35,411 nt of DNA from Rubrobacteraceae bacterium (lineage in GTDB: Bacteria > Actinomycetota > Rubrobacteria > Rubrobacterales > Rubrobacteraceae): the NCBI GenBank assembly GCA_035761765.1, contig DASTQK010000301.1:1-35411 (forward strand), read 5' to 3'. How positions within the stretch are numbered: the stretch's first letter is position 1; each line of letters starts with the position of its first letter. Below the pieces are notes generated by a model. The model saw only the letters and a list, made by a program, of their open reading frames with translations. It was not told the origin of the DNA and searched no databases. Of the stretch, positions 16,014 to 23,849 are shown one piece after another. Made by a program: the position numbers and the translations under genes.

Positions 16014-17681
16014 GTGTCGTGTGGGGGTGGAGCGGTGTCGAACGGGTTGCGCTACGACGCAGCGGTGATCGGCGGGGGTCACAACGGGCTCGTGTGCGCG
16101 GCATACCTCGCCAGGGCTGGCATGAAGACGCTCGTGCTGGAGCGGCGACACCTGGTTGGCGGGGCTGCGGTAACCGAGGAGGTATGGCCCGGTTTCAAGG
16201 TCTCCACCGCCTCCTACGTGGTGAGTCTGCTCTCGGAGAGGGTCGTGCGGGACCTCGAGCTGGCGAAGTTCGGCTACCACGTCTACCCGCTCGACCCGGC
16301 CTACTTCGCCCCGTTCCCGGACGGGTCCGGTTTCCTGCTCTGGGACGACCCGGCGCGGGCGGCGGAGGAGATCGGGCGTCTCAACGCCGGGGACGGCAGG
16401 GCCTACCTGGAGTACAATCGCCAGCTCGGCGAGCTCGCCGAGCTCGTGCGCCCGCTACTCTATCGGAGGCCGCCGGATCCCGCCGTCCGGTCCCTGAGCG
16501 ACATGGTCGAGGCGCTCTTTCTCGGACGCTACGCATTCGGGAACAGGCGAAGCATCTCGCGGCTCGTGGACCTGATGACGATGAGCTGCGCGGACTTCCT
16601 GGACCGCTTCTTCGTGGACGAGCGGGTGAAGGGGGCACTCGCGCCCGGCGGCGTTATCGGGATGTGGGGAGGCCCGATGAGCCCCGGCTCGGCATACGTG
16701 CTCTTGCACCACAGGATGGGCGAGATAGATGGTGTGACGGGCGGCTGGGGCTTCGTGCGCGGTGGCATGGGTGGGGTCTCCGAGGCGATAGCGGCCTCGG
16801 CTCGCGCAGCGGGAGCGGAGGTCCGGACGAACGCCGAGGTCGCCGCCATAGAGGTCAAGGATGGCCGGACGACCGGCGTCACCCTGAGAGACGGTACCGC
16901 CTTCGAGGCCGGCGTCGTCGTCTCCGGAGCGCACCCTGAGACGACGCTCCTCTCGCTCCTCGGGGCGGAGCATCTCCCCGATGAGACCGTGGAGGAGCTG
17001 CGGGGCTTCAGGAACCGGAGTCCTTCCGCCAAGGTCAACCTCGCGCTCTCGGAGCTGCCTGACCTTGCGGCCATGCCGGGCAAGGAGGTAGGGCCGCAGC
17101 ACCCGGAGATCATAATCAGCCCCACCCTCGAGTACCTGGAGAGGGCTTGGGATGACGCCAAGTACGGCCGCTTCTCCGAACGCCCGATGATTGACGCGGT
17201 GATCCCCACCACAAAGGACCCGACGATAGCTCCCGAGGGGAAGCACATCATGACCTGCTTCGTGCAGTACGCTCCCTACGAGCCGCGAGATGGTAGCTGG
17301 GACGACGGCGCGCGCGAGGCTCTGGGCGACCGGGTCGTAAAGACCCTTGGCGAGTACGCCCCGAACTTCAGGGACTCGGTCATAGAGCGCCAGGTCCTCA
17401 CACCCTACGACCTCGAGCATCGCTTCGGCCTCATCGGTGGGAACATCTTCCAGGGCGAGATGTCACTGGACCAGCTCTTCTCCTTCCGCCCCACCCCCGA
17501 GCTCGCGGGCTACAAGACGCCCGTGAGCGGCCTGTACCTGTGCGGGTCGGGCACTCACCCCGGCGGCGGCGTCATGGGCATTCCCGGGCTCAACGCCTCG
17601 AAGGTCGTCATAGCAGACCACAAGAACGCCGAGAGAATGCGACGGCTCAGGGAGCGCATAACCTCGTACTCGCGCCGCTAG
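16014..17681 (+). CDS. FAD/NAD(P)-dependent oxidoreductase of the phytoene-desaturase-like (CrtI/COG1233) family
   Basis: The start is GTG 16014 or GTG 16035 (the latter preceded by GGGGGTGGAG). The dinucleotide motif YDAAVIGGGHNGLVCAAYLARAG and the C-terminal block GLYLCGSGTHPGGGVMG are present. Confidence 0.85.
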   Translation: MSCGGGAVSNGLRYDAAVIGGGHNGLVCAAYLARAGMKTLVLERRHLVGGAAVTEEVWPGFKVSTASYVVSLLSERVVRDLELAKFGYHVYPLDPAYFAPFPDGSGFLLWDDPARAAEEIGRLNAGDGRAYLEYNRQLGELAELVRPLLYRRPPDPAVRSLSDMVEALFLGRYAFGNRRSISRLVDLMTMSCADFLDRFFVDERVKGALAPGGVIGMWGGPMSPGSAYVLLHHRMGEIDGVTGGWGFVRGGMGGVSEAIAASARAAGAEVRTNAEVAAIEVKDGRTTGVTLRDGTAFEAGVVVSGAHPETTLLSLLGAEHLPDETVEELRGFRNRSPSAKVNLALSELPDLAAMPGKEVGPQHPEIIISPTLEYLERAWDDAKYGRFSERPMIDAVIPTTKDPTIAPEGKHIMTCFVQYAPYEPRDGSWDDGAREALGDRVVKTLGEYAPNFRDSVIERQVLTPYDLEHRFGLIGGNIFQGEMSLDQLFSFRPTPELAGYKTPVSGLYLCGSGTHPGGGVMGIPGLNASKVVIADHKNAERMRRLRERITSYSRR

Positions 17682-17810
17682 ACCGCTCTGGAGCAGGCTC
17701 GCGTCGCTCGTCTTTGCGCGTTGGCCGGGTTGGCTGCGCGGCGGGTGACCTTGCGGTAAGCTAAACGCCCCGCACGGGGCGACAGATTGGGTCGAGGAAA
17801 GGAGGGTCTC

Positions 17811-19859
17811 GTGGCTGTGGAGCCGGCAGTGATCCGGAACGTATGCTTGATCGGCCACCGGGGCAGCGGAAAGACGGCGATCGCGGAGACGATGATCGGA
17901 CTGGCGTCGGGGAGGAGTGGTCCTGCGGGGCATCATGTCCTCGACTACACCGAGGAGGAGGCCGAGCGCGGGATGACGCTCGGGATGAGCGTCGCCACCC
18001 TCGAGTGGAAGGGGCGCCAGGTCAATGTGCTGGACACCCCCGGCGACGGGGGCTTCATCGCTGACGCGTTCGTAGCCCAGAGGGTGGCGGACTGCGCCAT
18101 CCTGGTGGTGCACGCGCAGGACCCCATCCAGGTCGTCACCGAGCGCGTGTGGCGGAGGGGGGAGAGGGAGGGGATCCCGCACGTCATCGTCGTCAACCAC
18201 CTCGACCGGGAGCGCACGGACTTCGGTGCGGTTGTAGATCAGCTAAGAGCGAGGTTTGGGCAGGCGGTCGTGCCCCTGAACCTCCCGATAGGGCGCGAGA
18301 ACGACCTCAAGGGCGTCTACGGGCTGCTGAGCGGAACGGCTTTTATCGAAGGGGTGCAGAGAGCGGAGATCCCGGAAGGGATGGAGGACGAGGTAGACGA
18401 GGCCAAGATACAGCTCTTCGAGGCTATAGCCGAGAGCGACGACACGCTCCTGGAGAAGTACCTCGAGGGCGAGGAGCTCTCGACGGAGGAGGCGTTCGAG
18501 GGGATAAGGAAGGGCATCGCCGACGGCGTCATCATCCCGGTCCTGGCGGCCAGCGCGGAGCGCAACGTAGGGATGGACCGGCTGCTGGACGTAATAGCGG
18601 GCAGCGCCCCGAGCCCCGTGGACCGCTCGCGCTGGATAGAAGACAAAGGTGATGAGGTCCCCTGCGACCCGGAAGGGCCATTCGCGGCCTACGTGTTCAA
18701 GACCTATCAGGACCCGTACGCCGGGCGTCTGAGCGTACTTAGGGTCGTGAGCGGGCGGTGCCGCTCGGACGAGGCGCTCACCAACCCGCGCACAGGCTCC
18801 GCCGAGAGACTCGGGGGTATCGCACACCTCCTCGGCAAGGAGCGCGTCTCCGTGGACGAGGCGGTCGCCGGCGACATCATCGCCGTCGCCAAGCTCAAGG
18901 ACACCAACACCTTCGACACTCTATGCAAGCCGGAGAGGCCGATGGTCTTCGAGCCGGTAGAGCTGCCGGAGCCGACCTCGGCGTTCGCGGTCGGGGCCAG
19001 GGCGCGCGGCGAAGAGGAGAAGGTCTTCGACGCCATAAGGCGCATAACGGACGAGGACCCCTCGCTCAAGCTGGAGCGCGACGAGGCGACGGGGGAGGAC
19101 ATCCTGGCCGGACTCGCGCAGATGCACGTCGAGCTCGCGCTGGAGCGCATAAGCAGGCGCTACGGGGTCGGGGTCTCCTCCAGGGAGCCCAAGGTTCCAT
19201 TCAAGGAGACGATCATGGGCACCGCGCAGGCCCAGGGCCGCTACAAGAAGCAGACCGGCGGACGCGGGCAGTTCGGGGACGCAAAGATCGAGGTCTCTCC
19301 GCTCCCGCGCGGCGAGGGCTTCGAGTTCGAGGATGCTATCGTGGGGGGTGCGATCCCACGCCAGTTCATTCCGGCGGTCGAGAAGGGTATCGTGGAGGCG
19401 ATGCGCCAGGGGCCGATCGCTGGCTACCCGGTCGTGGACGTGAAGGTTCGTCTCTACGACGGCGCCTTCCACTCGGTAGACTCCTCGGAGATGGCGTTCA
19501 AGGTCGCGGGATCCATGGCGTTCAAGAACGCCGTCGAGCAGGCAAGGCCGGTCCTTTTGGAGCCCTACGTCAGGGTCGAGGTACTCGCGCCGACGGAGAT
19601 GGTCGGGGACATCATGGGCGACCTCTCGGGCCGGCGCGGGCGCCCCATGGGCATCGAGCAGCGCGGAGAGCGCCAGGTCATACAGGCCGAGGTGCCCCAG
19701 ATCGAGATGCTCACCTACGCCCGCGACCTTCGCTCCATCACGGGAGGGCGCGCCAACTTCCACGTCGAGCCCGGTCAATACGAGGAAGTCCCGCCGAACC
19801 TCGTCGATAGGGTGCTCGCCGCCAACGAAAGAGAGGAGGAGAAAGAGAAGGTCGGATAG
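17811..19859 (+). CDS. Elongation factor G paralogue (EF-G-like, degenerate GTPase motifs)
   Basis: GTG 17811 follows GAAAGGAGGG (TTG 17787 is less likely). It has a five-domain EF-G layout, with G1 GHRGSGKT, switch I RGMTL, G3 DTPGDGGF and G4 NHLD. Confidence 0.85.
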   Translation: MAVEPAVIRNVCLIGHRGSGKTAIAETMIGLASGRSGPAGHHVLDYTEEEAERGMTLGMSVATLEWKGRQVNVLDTPGDGGFIADAFVAQRVADCAILVVHAQDPIQVVTERVWRRGEREGIPHVIVVNHLDRERTDFGAVVDQLRARFGQAVVPLNLPIGRENDLKGVYGLLSGTAFIEGVQRAEIPEGMEDEVDEAKIQLFEAIAESDDTLLEKYLEGEELSTEEAFEGIRKGIADGVIIPVLAASAERNVGMDRLLDVIAGSAPSPVDRSRWIEDKGDEVPCDPEGPFAAYVFKTYQDPYAGRLSVLRVVSGRCRSDEALTNPRTGSAERLGGIAHLLGKERVSVDEAVAGDIIAVAKLKDTNTFDTLCKPERPMVFEPVELPEPTSAFAVGARARGEEEKVFDAIRRITDEDPSLKLERDEATGEDILAGLAQMHVELALERISRRYGVGVSSREPKVPFKETIMGTAQAQGRYKKQTGGRGQFGDAKIEVSPLPRGEGFEFEDAIVGGAIPRQFIPAVEKGIVEAMRQGPIAGYPVVDVKVRLYDGAFHSVDSSEMAFKVAGSMAFKNAVEQARPVLLEPYVRVEVLAPTEMVGDIMGDLSGRRGRPMGIEQRGERQVIQAEVPQIEMLTYARDLRSITGGRANFHVEPGQYEEVPPNLVDRVLAANEREEEKEKVG

Positions 19860-19894
19860 CCGCTCAGCAAGAGTATCTGCCGAGAGCCCACGCC

Positions 19895-19919
19895 GGGATA
19901 GTTGGCCGCTAACTATCCC
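19895..19919. terminator. Hairpin between convergent genes (EF-G-like / nitrile hydratase alpha), bidirectional terminator candidate
   Basis: GGGATAGTT-GGCCGCT-AACTATCCC, a 9-bp perfect stem. The 3' arm contains the stop codon of the alpha gene (19913-19915). Confidence 0.5.
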
Positions 19920-20527
19920 CCTGCGCAGCGGGGAACGGAGACCCCGATAAGGGAATCGCGCGTTATCAGCTCGGCCAACCGTTCCTCGCTCAAGTTTTCC
20001 GTGCCGGGCGGGCGCATCGGCAGCACCATGTACCGTATATCGGCGGTGCTGTCGTGGACGGCGACCTCGACGTCCCCGGGCGGTTCGAAGCCGAACTCGC
20101 GCATGACGGCGCGGGGCTCTCTGACGGCGCGCGAGCGGTACTCGAAGCTCTTGTACCAGTCGGGCGGGCGTCCCAGGATGGCCCGCGGGTAGCACGAGCA
20201 GAGCGTGCAGACGATCAGGTTGTGCACCGCTGGCGTGTTCTCCACGACTACGAACTCCACAGGACCTGAGGCGTCTATGCCGAGCTCCTGTGCTGTGCCC
20301 TTGGTGTCGGAGAGGAGGCGTTCTTTGAACTCCGGGTCCACCCAGGCCCGCGCTACGAGCCTCGCCCCGTTGGCGGGCGAGCGGGCCTCCATGTAAGCGA
20401 TGCGGTCCTGGATCTCCGGCTCCGTGAGTACGCCTTTCTCGAGGAGCAGCGCCTCTATGGCCCGAATGCGCGCAGCGTAGGGGCTGCTCTCTTGCCTGAT
20501 CTCCTCGTGCGGGTGACCTTCGCTCAC
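19913..20527 (-). CDS. nthA: Nitrile hydratase alpha subunit, cobalt type
   Basis: GTG 20527 overlaps the upstream stop (GTGA) and follows GGGGGAGG. Blocks VCTLCSCYPRAILGRPPDWYKSFEYRSR and ADIRYMVLPMRPPGTE are present. Confidence 0.9.
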   Translation of the reverse strand: MSEGHPHEEIRQESSPYAARIRAIEALLLEKGVLTEPEIQDRIAYMEARSPANGARLVARAWVDPEFKERLLSDTKGTAQELGIDASGPVEFVVVENTPAVHNLIVCTLCSCYPRAILGRPPDWYKSFEYRSRAVREPRAVMREFGFEPPGDVEVAVHDSTADIRYMVLPMRPPGTENLSEERLAELITRDSLIGVSVPRCAGG

Positions 20528-20817
20528 GAGGCACCTCCCCCTCGTTCCAACCACTGCTCGTAGACGTCAGCGTAGAGACGGTCGGAGGCGGAACCCTGGT
20601 AGCCGTCCCAGACCTCCGTTTGCAGAAACTCCACCTTGTAGAGGGGTCTCTCGGGCTCTCCGGAGAGGCCGTAGGCGAGGTCCTCGGGGCTTCGGAACTT
20701 GCCGAGCACCGAATCGATCTTCCCCTCTTTTCCTTTCAGATACCCTGGGGTACGCACGTGGCCGGGCTTCTCGGAGGCGCGTACCCGGACCCTGTCACCG
20801 GGCTCGAACGCCGTCAC
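20524..20817 (-). CDS. Nitrile hydratase beta subunit, C-terminal half as a separate 97-aa protein
   Basis: GTG 20817 overlaps the upstream stop (GTGA). The sequence FEPGDRVRVRA..GHVRTPGYLKGKEGKI..LYKVEF..EVWDGY matches the SH3-like C-terminal part of NHase beta. Confidence 0.8.
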   Translation of the reverse strand: MTAFEPGDRVRVRASEKPGHVRTPGYLKGKEGKIDSVLGKFRSPEDLAYGLSGEPERPLYKVEFLQTEVWDGYQGSASDRLYADVYEQWLERGGGAS

Positions 20818-21107
20818 GGCCCGTCCCAGCGGCGGGAGATATCCGCCGCCCTGTTGTCTATCTCCTCGCGGGTGAGGATGCCCTTCTCGACGAGCAGTTG
20901 CTCGGTCCCGGCGACCCAGCGCTCGTAGTAGCCGAGGTTGCGGTAGTTCTCGAGTCCCTCGATGGCGCGGCGGTGTTCGTCTGTGGTCTTTATCCCTCTC
21001 AGGTCCAGGGCGATGGTGATGGCGTCGGCCAGCCGCTCCCAGTCCTCGACCTCGTGTTGAGCCTTCTCTACAGGCCCTCCGGGCTTGCCCCCGAGGTCGT
21101 GAACCAC
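20814..21107 (-). CDS. Nitrile hydratase beta subunit, N-terminal half as a separate 97-aa protein
   Basis: GTG 21107 lies 2 nt after the gpgS stop. The sequence MVHDLGGKPGGPV...GYYERWVAGTEQLLVEKGILT matches the N-terminal helical part of NHase beta. Confidence 0.8.
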   Translation of the reverse strand: MVHDLGGKPGGPVEKAQHEVEDWERLADAITIALDLRGIKTTDEHRRAIEGLENYRNLGYYERWVAGTEQLLVEKGILTREEIDNRAADISRRWDGP

Positions 21108-21109
21108 GG

Positions 21110-22132
21110 CTACCCGACCCTCAGGACCTCGTTTATGGGGGGCCGCTCGACGAGCTCCTCGACGTACTCCTGCAATTTGAGGCCCTCGGGGGTCGCGACG
21201 GCGTGCAGGTAGTCGGAGAACTGGAAGAGCTGCTCCGGCAGATTCGGGTCCCTCGACTGGTTAAGGCGTCCCTCCTGCCTCAGGCGCCTGGCGACAGCCC
21301 GCAGGACCGCATAGGACATACGGGAGAGATCACGCAATGGTTGGTGGCGGTTCTGCCGGGTCCCCAGGTCGACCTGCGCCATCGCGCCCAGACCCACGCG
21401 TTTGAGGATGTCGATCATGATCCCCGTCTCCACCGCGTAGCCGGTGAGGAAGGGGATGGAGCAGAAGAGTTCCCTGTCCGCGACGAACTCACCTGCGAGT
21501 GGCTGAACAAAGCCGGTGAGCTCGGGGTAGAAGAGGTTGAAGAGCGGCTTGGCCGAGAGCTCGGTCACCCTGCCCCCACCGTCCTGCTCGACGGTCTCGT
21601 AGCTCTTGAACGGCCTCCGGTAAGCGGCCTTGACGTAGCGCACCTCCGGCACGTGCAGGATGGGCCCGAGGATCCCGTAGACGAGCTGGGGCCTGAAGTC
21701 CTTCGTGTCGGCGTCGACGTACATGACGAGGTCGCCGCGCGCGACCGAGAGGGAGCGCCACATCGCGTCGCCCTTCCCATGCGCCCCGCCGTAGTTGCTC
21801 ATCAACTCGTTCTCCGAGTACACCGCAGCGCCCCTGGACGCGGCGACCTCGGCCGTCCCGTCCGCCGAGTCCGCGTCGACCGCGAGAATCTCGTCGACCA
21901 GCGGCTCCTCCCCCGCGCGCTCGTTGACGGCGTAGATCTCGTCCACGATCCCACCCACCGTATCTGCGACGTTGCGGCACGGCAGGACCGCGCTGACCGT
22001 CAGCCCGAGCTCGCGCTTGCGGCGGCCCAGCTCCTCGAGGTCGGAGAACTGCCGGTAGTCGTAGGAGCGATGCCTGAACCATTCTGCAGCGTCCGCGAAC
22101 ATAAGGAACCTCACGTGATCTCCAGGGGACAC
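21110..22132 (-). CDS. gpgS: Glucosyl(/mannosyl)-3-phosphoglycerate synthase, GT81 family
   Basis: The start is GTG 22132 (alternatives GTG 22114 and ATG 22102). GT-A blocks SAVLPCRN, AVDADSADGT, GKGDAMW, the DxD motif YVDADT and YVKAAYRRPF are present, collinear with actinobacterial GpgS as I remember it. Confidence 0.85.
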   Translation of the reverse strand: MSPGDHVRFLMFADAAEWFRHRSYDYRQFSDLEELGRRKRELGLTVSAVLPCRNVADTVGGIVDEIYAVNERAGEEPLVDEILAVDADSADGTAEVAASRGAAVYSENELMSNYGGAHGKGDAMWRSLSVARGDLVMYVDADTKDFRPQLVYGILGPILHVPEVRYVKAAYRRPFKSYETVEQDGGGRVTELSAKPLFNLFYPELTGFVQPLAGEFVADRELFCSIPFLTGYAVETGIMIDILKRVGLGAMAQVDLGTRQNRHQPLRDLSRMSYAVLRAVARRLRQEGRLNQSRDPNLPEQLFQFSDYLHAVATPEGLKLQEYVEELVERPPINEVLRVG

Positions 22133-22141
22133 AGCCGCGGT

Positions 22142-22170
22142 AATCTAACGCAAAGCTCCGGATTTGTCCA
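22142..22170 (-). promoter_or_regulatory. Candidate promoter for gpgS (-35 TGGACA, 17-nt spacer, -10 TAGATT on the minus strand)
   Basis: On the + strand these read TGTCCA at 22165-22170 and AATCTA at 22142-22147. The -10 ends 9 nt before GTG 22132 and there is no SD, so the transcript would be leaderless or near-leaderless. Confidence 0.35.
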
Positions 22171-22191
22171 TATCTCTTATTGGGTAATTTG

Positions 22192-22230
22192 CCCCGGTCC
22201 TCCCTTCTCGATCTCGGGAGCCGGGGTTTT
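22192..22230 (+). terminator. Terminator-like hairpin plus T-tract with no upstream + strand gene
   Basis: CCCCGG(tc)CTCCC, an 11-nt loop, then GGGAGCCGGGG followed by TTTT (22227-22230). It lies between the divergent gpgS and surE promoters. Confidence 0.35.
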
Positions 22231-22293
22231 GGCGAGGGGTGTCTTTTTCGCGAACGGCGTAAAGAGATCTGCGGCAGAGCGTCTTCGTCGGGG

Positions 22294-22302
22294 TGGTAGA
22301 AT
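22294..22302 (+). promoter_or_regulatory. Candidate extended -10 (TGgTAGAAT) for surE
   Basis: TGGTAGAAT lies 65 nt upstream of ATG 22368. The RBS GGAGA is close to the ATG. Confidence 0.4.
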
Positions 22303-22367
22303 CACTTCCCTTTGCTTATGGAGAGTGCTAGCGGCCTCGTGGCCGGGACGAGAAGATTTTCGGAGAC

Positions 22368-23186
22368 ATGCGCATAGTACTGACCAACGACGACGGTATC
22401 GAGGCGCCGGGGCTCCTCGCGGCCCGGCAGGCGCTGGAGAAGATCGGGGACGTCATCACGGTTGCCCCCGACCGCAACAGGAGCGGGGTAGGGCGGAGCA
22501 TAACTTTCGGCTCCACGCTGCACGTCGAGGAGCGCGAGATGGCCGACGGCGTTCTGGGCTACGCCTGCACCGGGACGCCGGTCGACTGCGTGCGCCTCGT
22601 CGCTCTGGGGCTCATGGACTTCGAGCCGGACATAGTGGTCTCGGGGATCAACCACGGCGAGAACCTGGGCGATGACATAACGTATTCGGGGACGGTCGCG
22701 GGGGCCATGGAGGGGATCGTCATCGGGGTGCCGGGGATCGCCGTCTCTCTGAGCATAGACCGTCCTTGGCACCAGACAGTCGAGGAGAACATCCCCCTCG
22801 AGAACGAGCTGCACTTCGGGCCGGCGGCGGAGTTCACGGCCCGGCTGGCCAAGCTTGCCTTCAAGGGGCTCCCGCAGGGCCGTATCCTCAACGTCAACGC
22901 GCCCAACGTGCCCAGGGAGAGGCTCAACGGCGCGCGTGTAACGAGACTCGGCCGCCGCTTCTACCAAGACGAGCTCATCGAGGTCAGAGACGAGGAGGGG
23001 CGCGTCGGCTACGACATCTACAACAACCCGCCCGGCCACCACGACGAGGACGGAACGGATTTCTCCGCGATCAGGGACAAAGAGATCAGCGTCACCCCCG
23101 TCCACCTCGAACTGACCGACACAGCCGCCATCGAGGAGCTTGACTCCTGGAACGTTGGCGACCTTCTCGAGACCGGGCTCAAGTAA
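22368..23186 (+). CDS. surE: 5'/3'-nucleotidase SurE
   Basis: Blocks MRIVLTNDDGIEAPGL and GINHGENLGDDITYSGTVAGAMEG are present. Confidence 0.9.
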   Translation: MRIVLTNDDGIEAPGLLAARQALEKIGDVITVAPDRNRSGVGRSITFGSTLHVEEREMADGVLGYACTGTPVDCVRLVALGLMDFEPDIVVSGINHGENLGDDITYSGTVAGAMEGIVIGVPGIAVSLSIDRPWHQTVEENIPLENELHFGPAAEFTARLAKLAFKGLPQGRILNVNAPNVPRERLNGARVTRLGRRFYQDELIEVRDEEGRVGYDIYNNPPGHHDEDGTDFSAIRDKEISVTPVHLELTDTAAIEELDSWNVGDLLETGLK

Positions 23187-23189
23187 GCG

Positions 23190-23846
23190 GTGTTGAAGGC
23201 CGCGCTCTTCGACTTCGACGGAACGCTAGTGGATACGACCGAGCTCATCTACCAGTCCATGCGCCACGCCGCGGGCGAGGTGCTGGGACGCGACGACCTG
23301 GCACGCGAGGTCCTCATGGCCAACGTCGGCCAGCCCCTGCCGCGCCAGATGGAGCTCCTGAGCGCCGAGAACGCCGAGGCGCTCCTCGACTCCTACAGGC
23401 TCCACAACGAAGAGCACCACGACGCCCTGATAAGAGAGTTCCCCGGCGTCGAGGACGCTCTGGCACGACTGCGCGCAGCCGGTGTAGGGGTGGCCGTCGT
23501 GACCTCGAAACGCCGCTTCTCCGTGGAGATGGCCCTCGAGACCTTCCCCGGCCTCGGTGAGGTCGTGGACACGTGGGTCACGATGGAGGACACAGAAGAG
23601 CACAAGCCTCGCCCCGAGCCGCTCCTCAAAGGGCTGGAGCTCCTCGGCGCCGTTCCCAGGAGCGAGGCTGCCTACGTCGGCGACTCACCCTTCGACGTCG
23701 CCGCGGCCAGAGCCGCCGGCGTAAAGAGCGTCGCCGTGAGCTGGGGCGCCTTCACCGAGAGAGCCTTGCGAGGTGCGGAGCCGGATCACCTCGTACCCGA
23801 TATCAAGGCGGCGGTAGACGTCCTTCTCGAGATGGCCGACGGTTAG
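23190..23846 (+). CDS. HAD-superfamily hydrolase (phosphoglycolate phosphatase / PpaX-like)
   Basis: GTG 23190 lies 3 nt after the surE stop. HAD motif I FDFDGTLVDT, motif II VVTSK and the GDSPFDV motif are present. Confidence 0.8.
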   Translation: MLKAALFDFDGTLVDTTELIYQSMRHAAGEVLGRDDLAREVLMANVGQPLPRQMELLSAENAEALLDSYRLHNEEHHDALIREFPGVEDALARLRAAGVGVAVVTSKRRFSVEMALETFPGLGEVVDTWVTMEDTEEHKPRPEPLLKGLELLGAVPRSEAAYVGDSPFDVAAARAAGVKSVAVSWGAFTERALRGAEPDHLVPDIKAAVDVLLEMADG

Positions 23847-23849
23847 CGT

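Noticed and set aside
20524-21107. The two 97-aa nitrile hydratase beta halves could be a frameshifted pseudogene of a single beta gene.
   Set aside because: This is only provisionally rejected. Both halves start at GTG codons placed in GTGA overlaps identical to the betaC/alpha junction, and both keep strong coding statistics to their ends. Three-subunit relatives with the same order also exist. Read-level data or orthologues are still needed (see the finding).
23190-23846. The HAD hydrolase could be the missing glucosyl-3-phosphoglycerate phosphatase partner of gpgS.
   Set aside because: It is coupled to surE on the opposite strand from gpgS. Its motifs are generic phosphoglycolate-phosphatase/PpaX-like, and nothing sequence-specific ties it to GpgP or MpgP.
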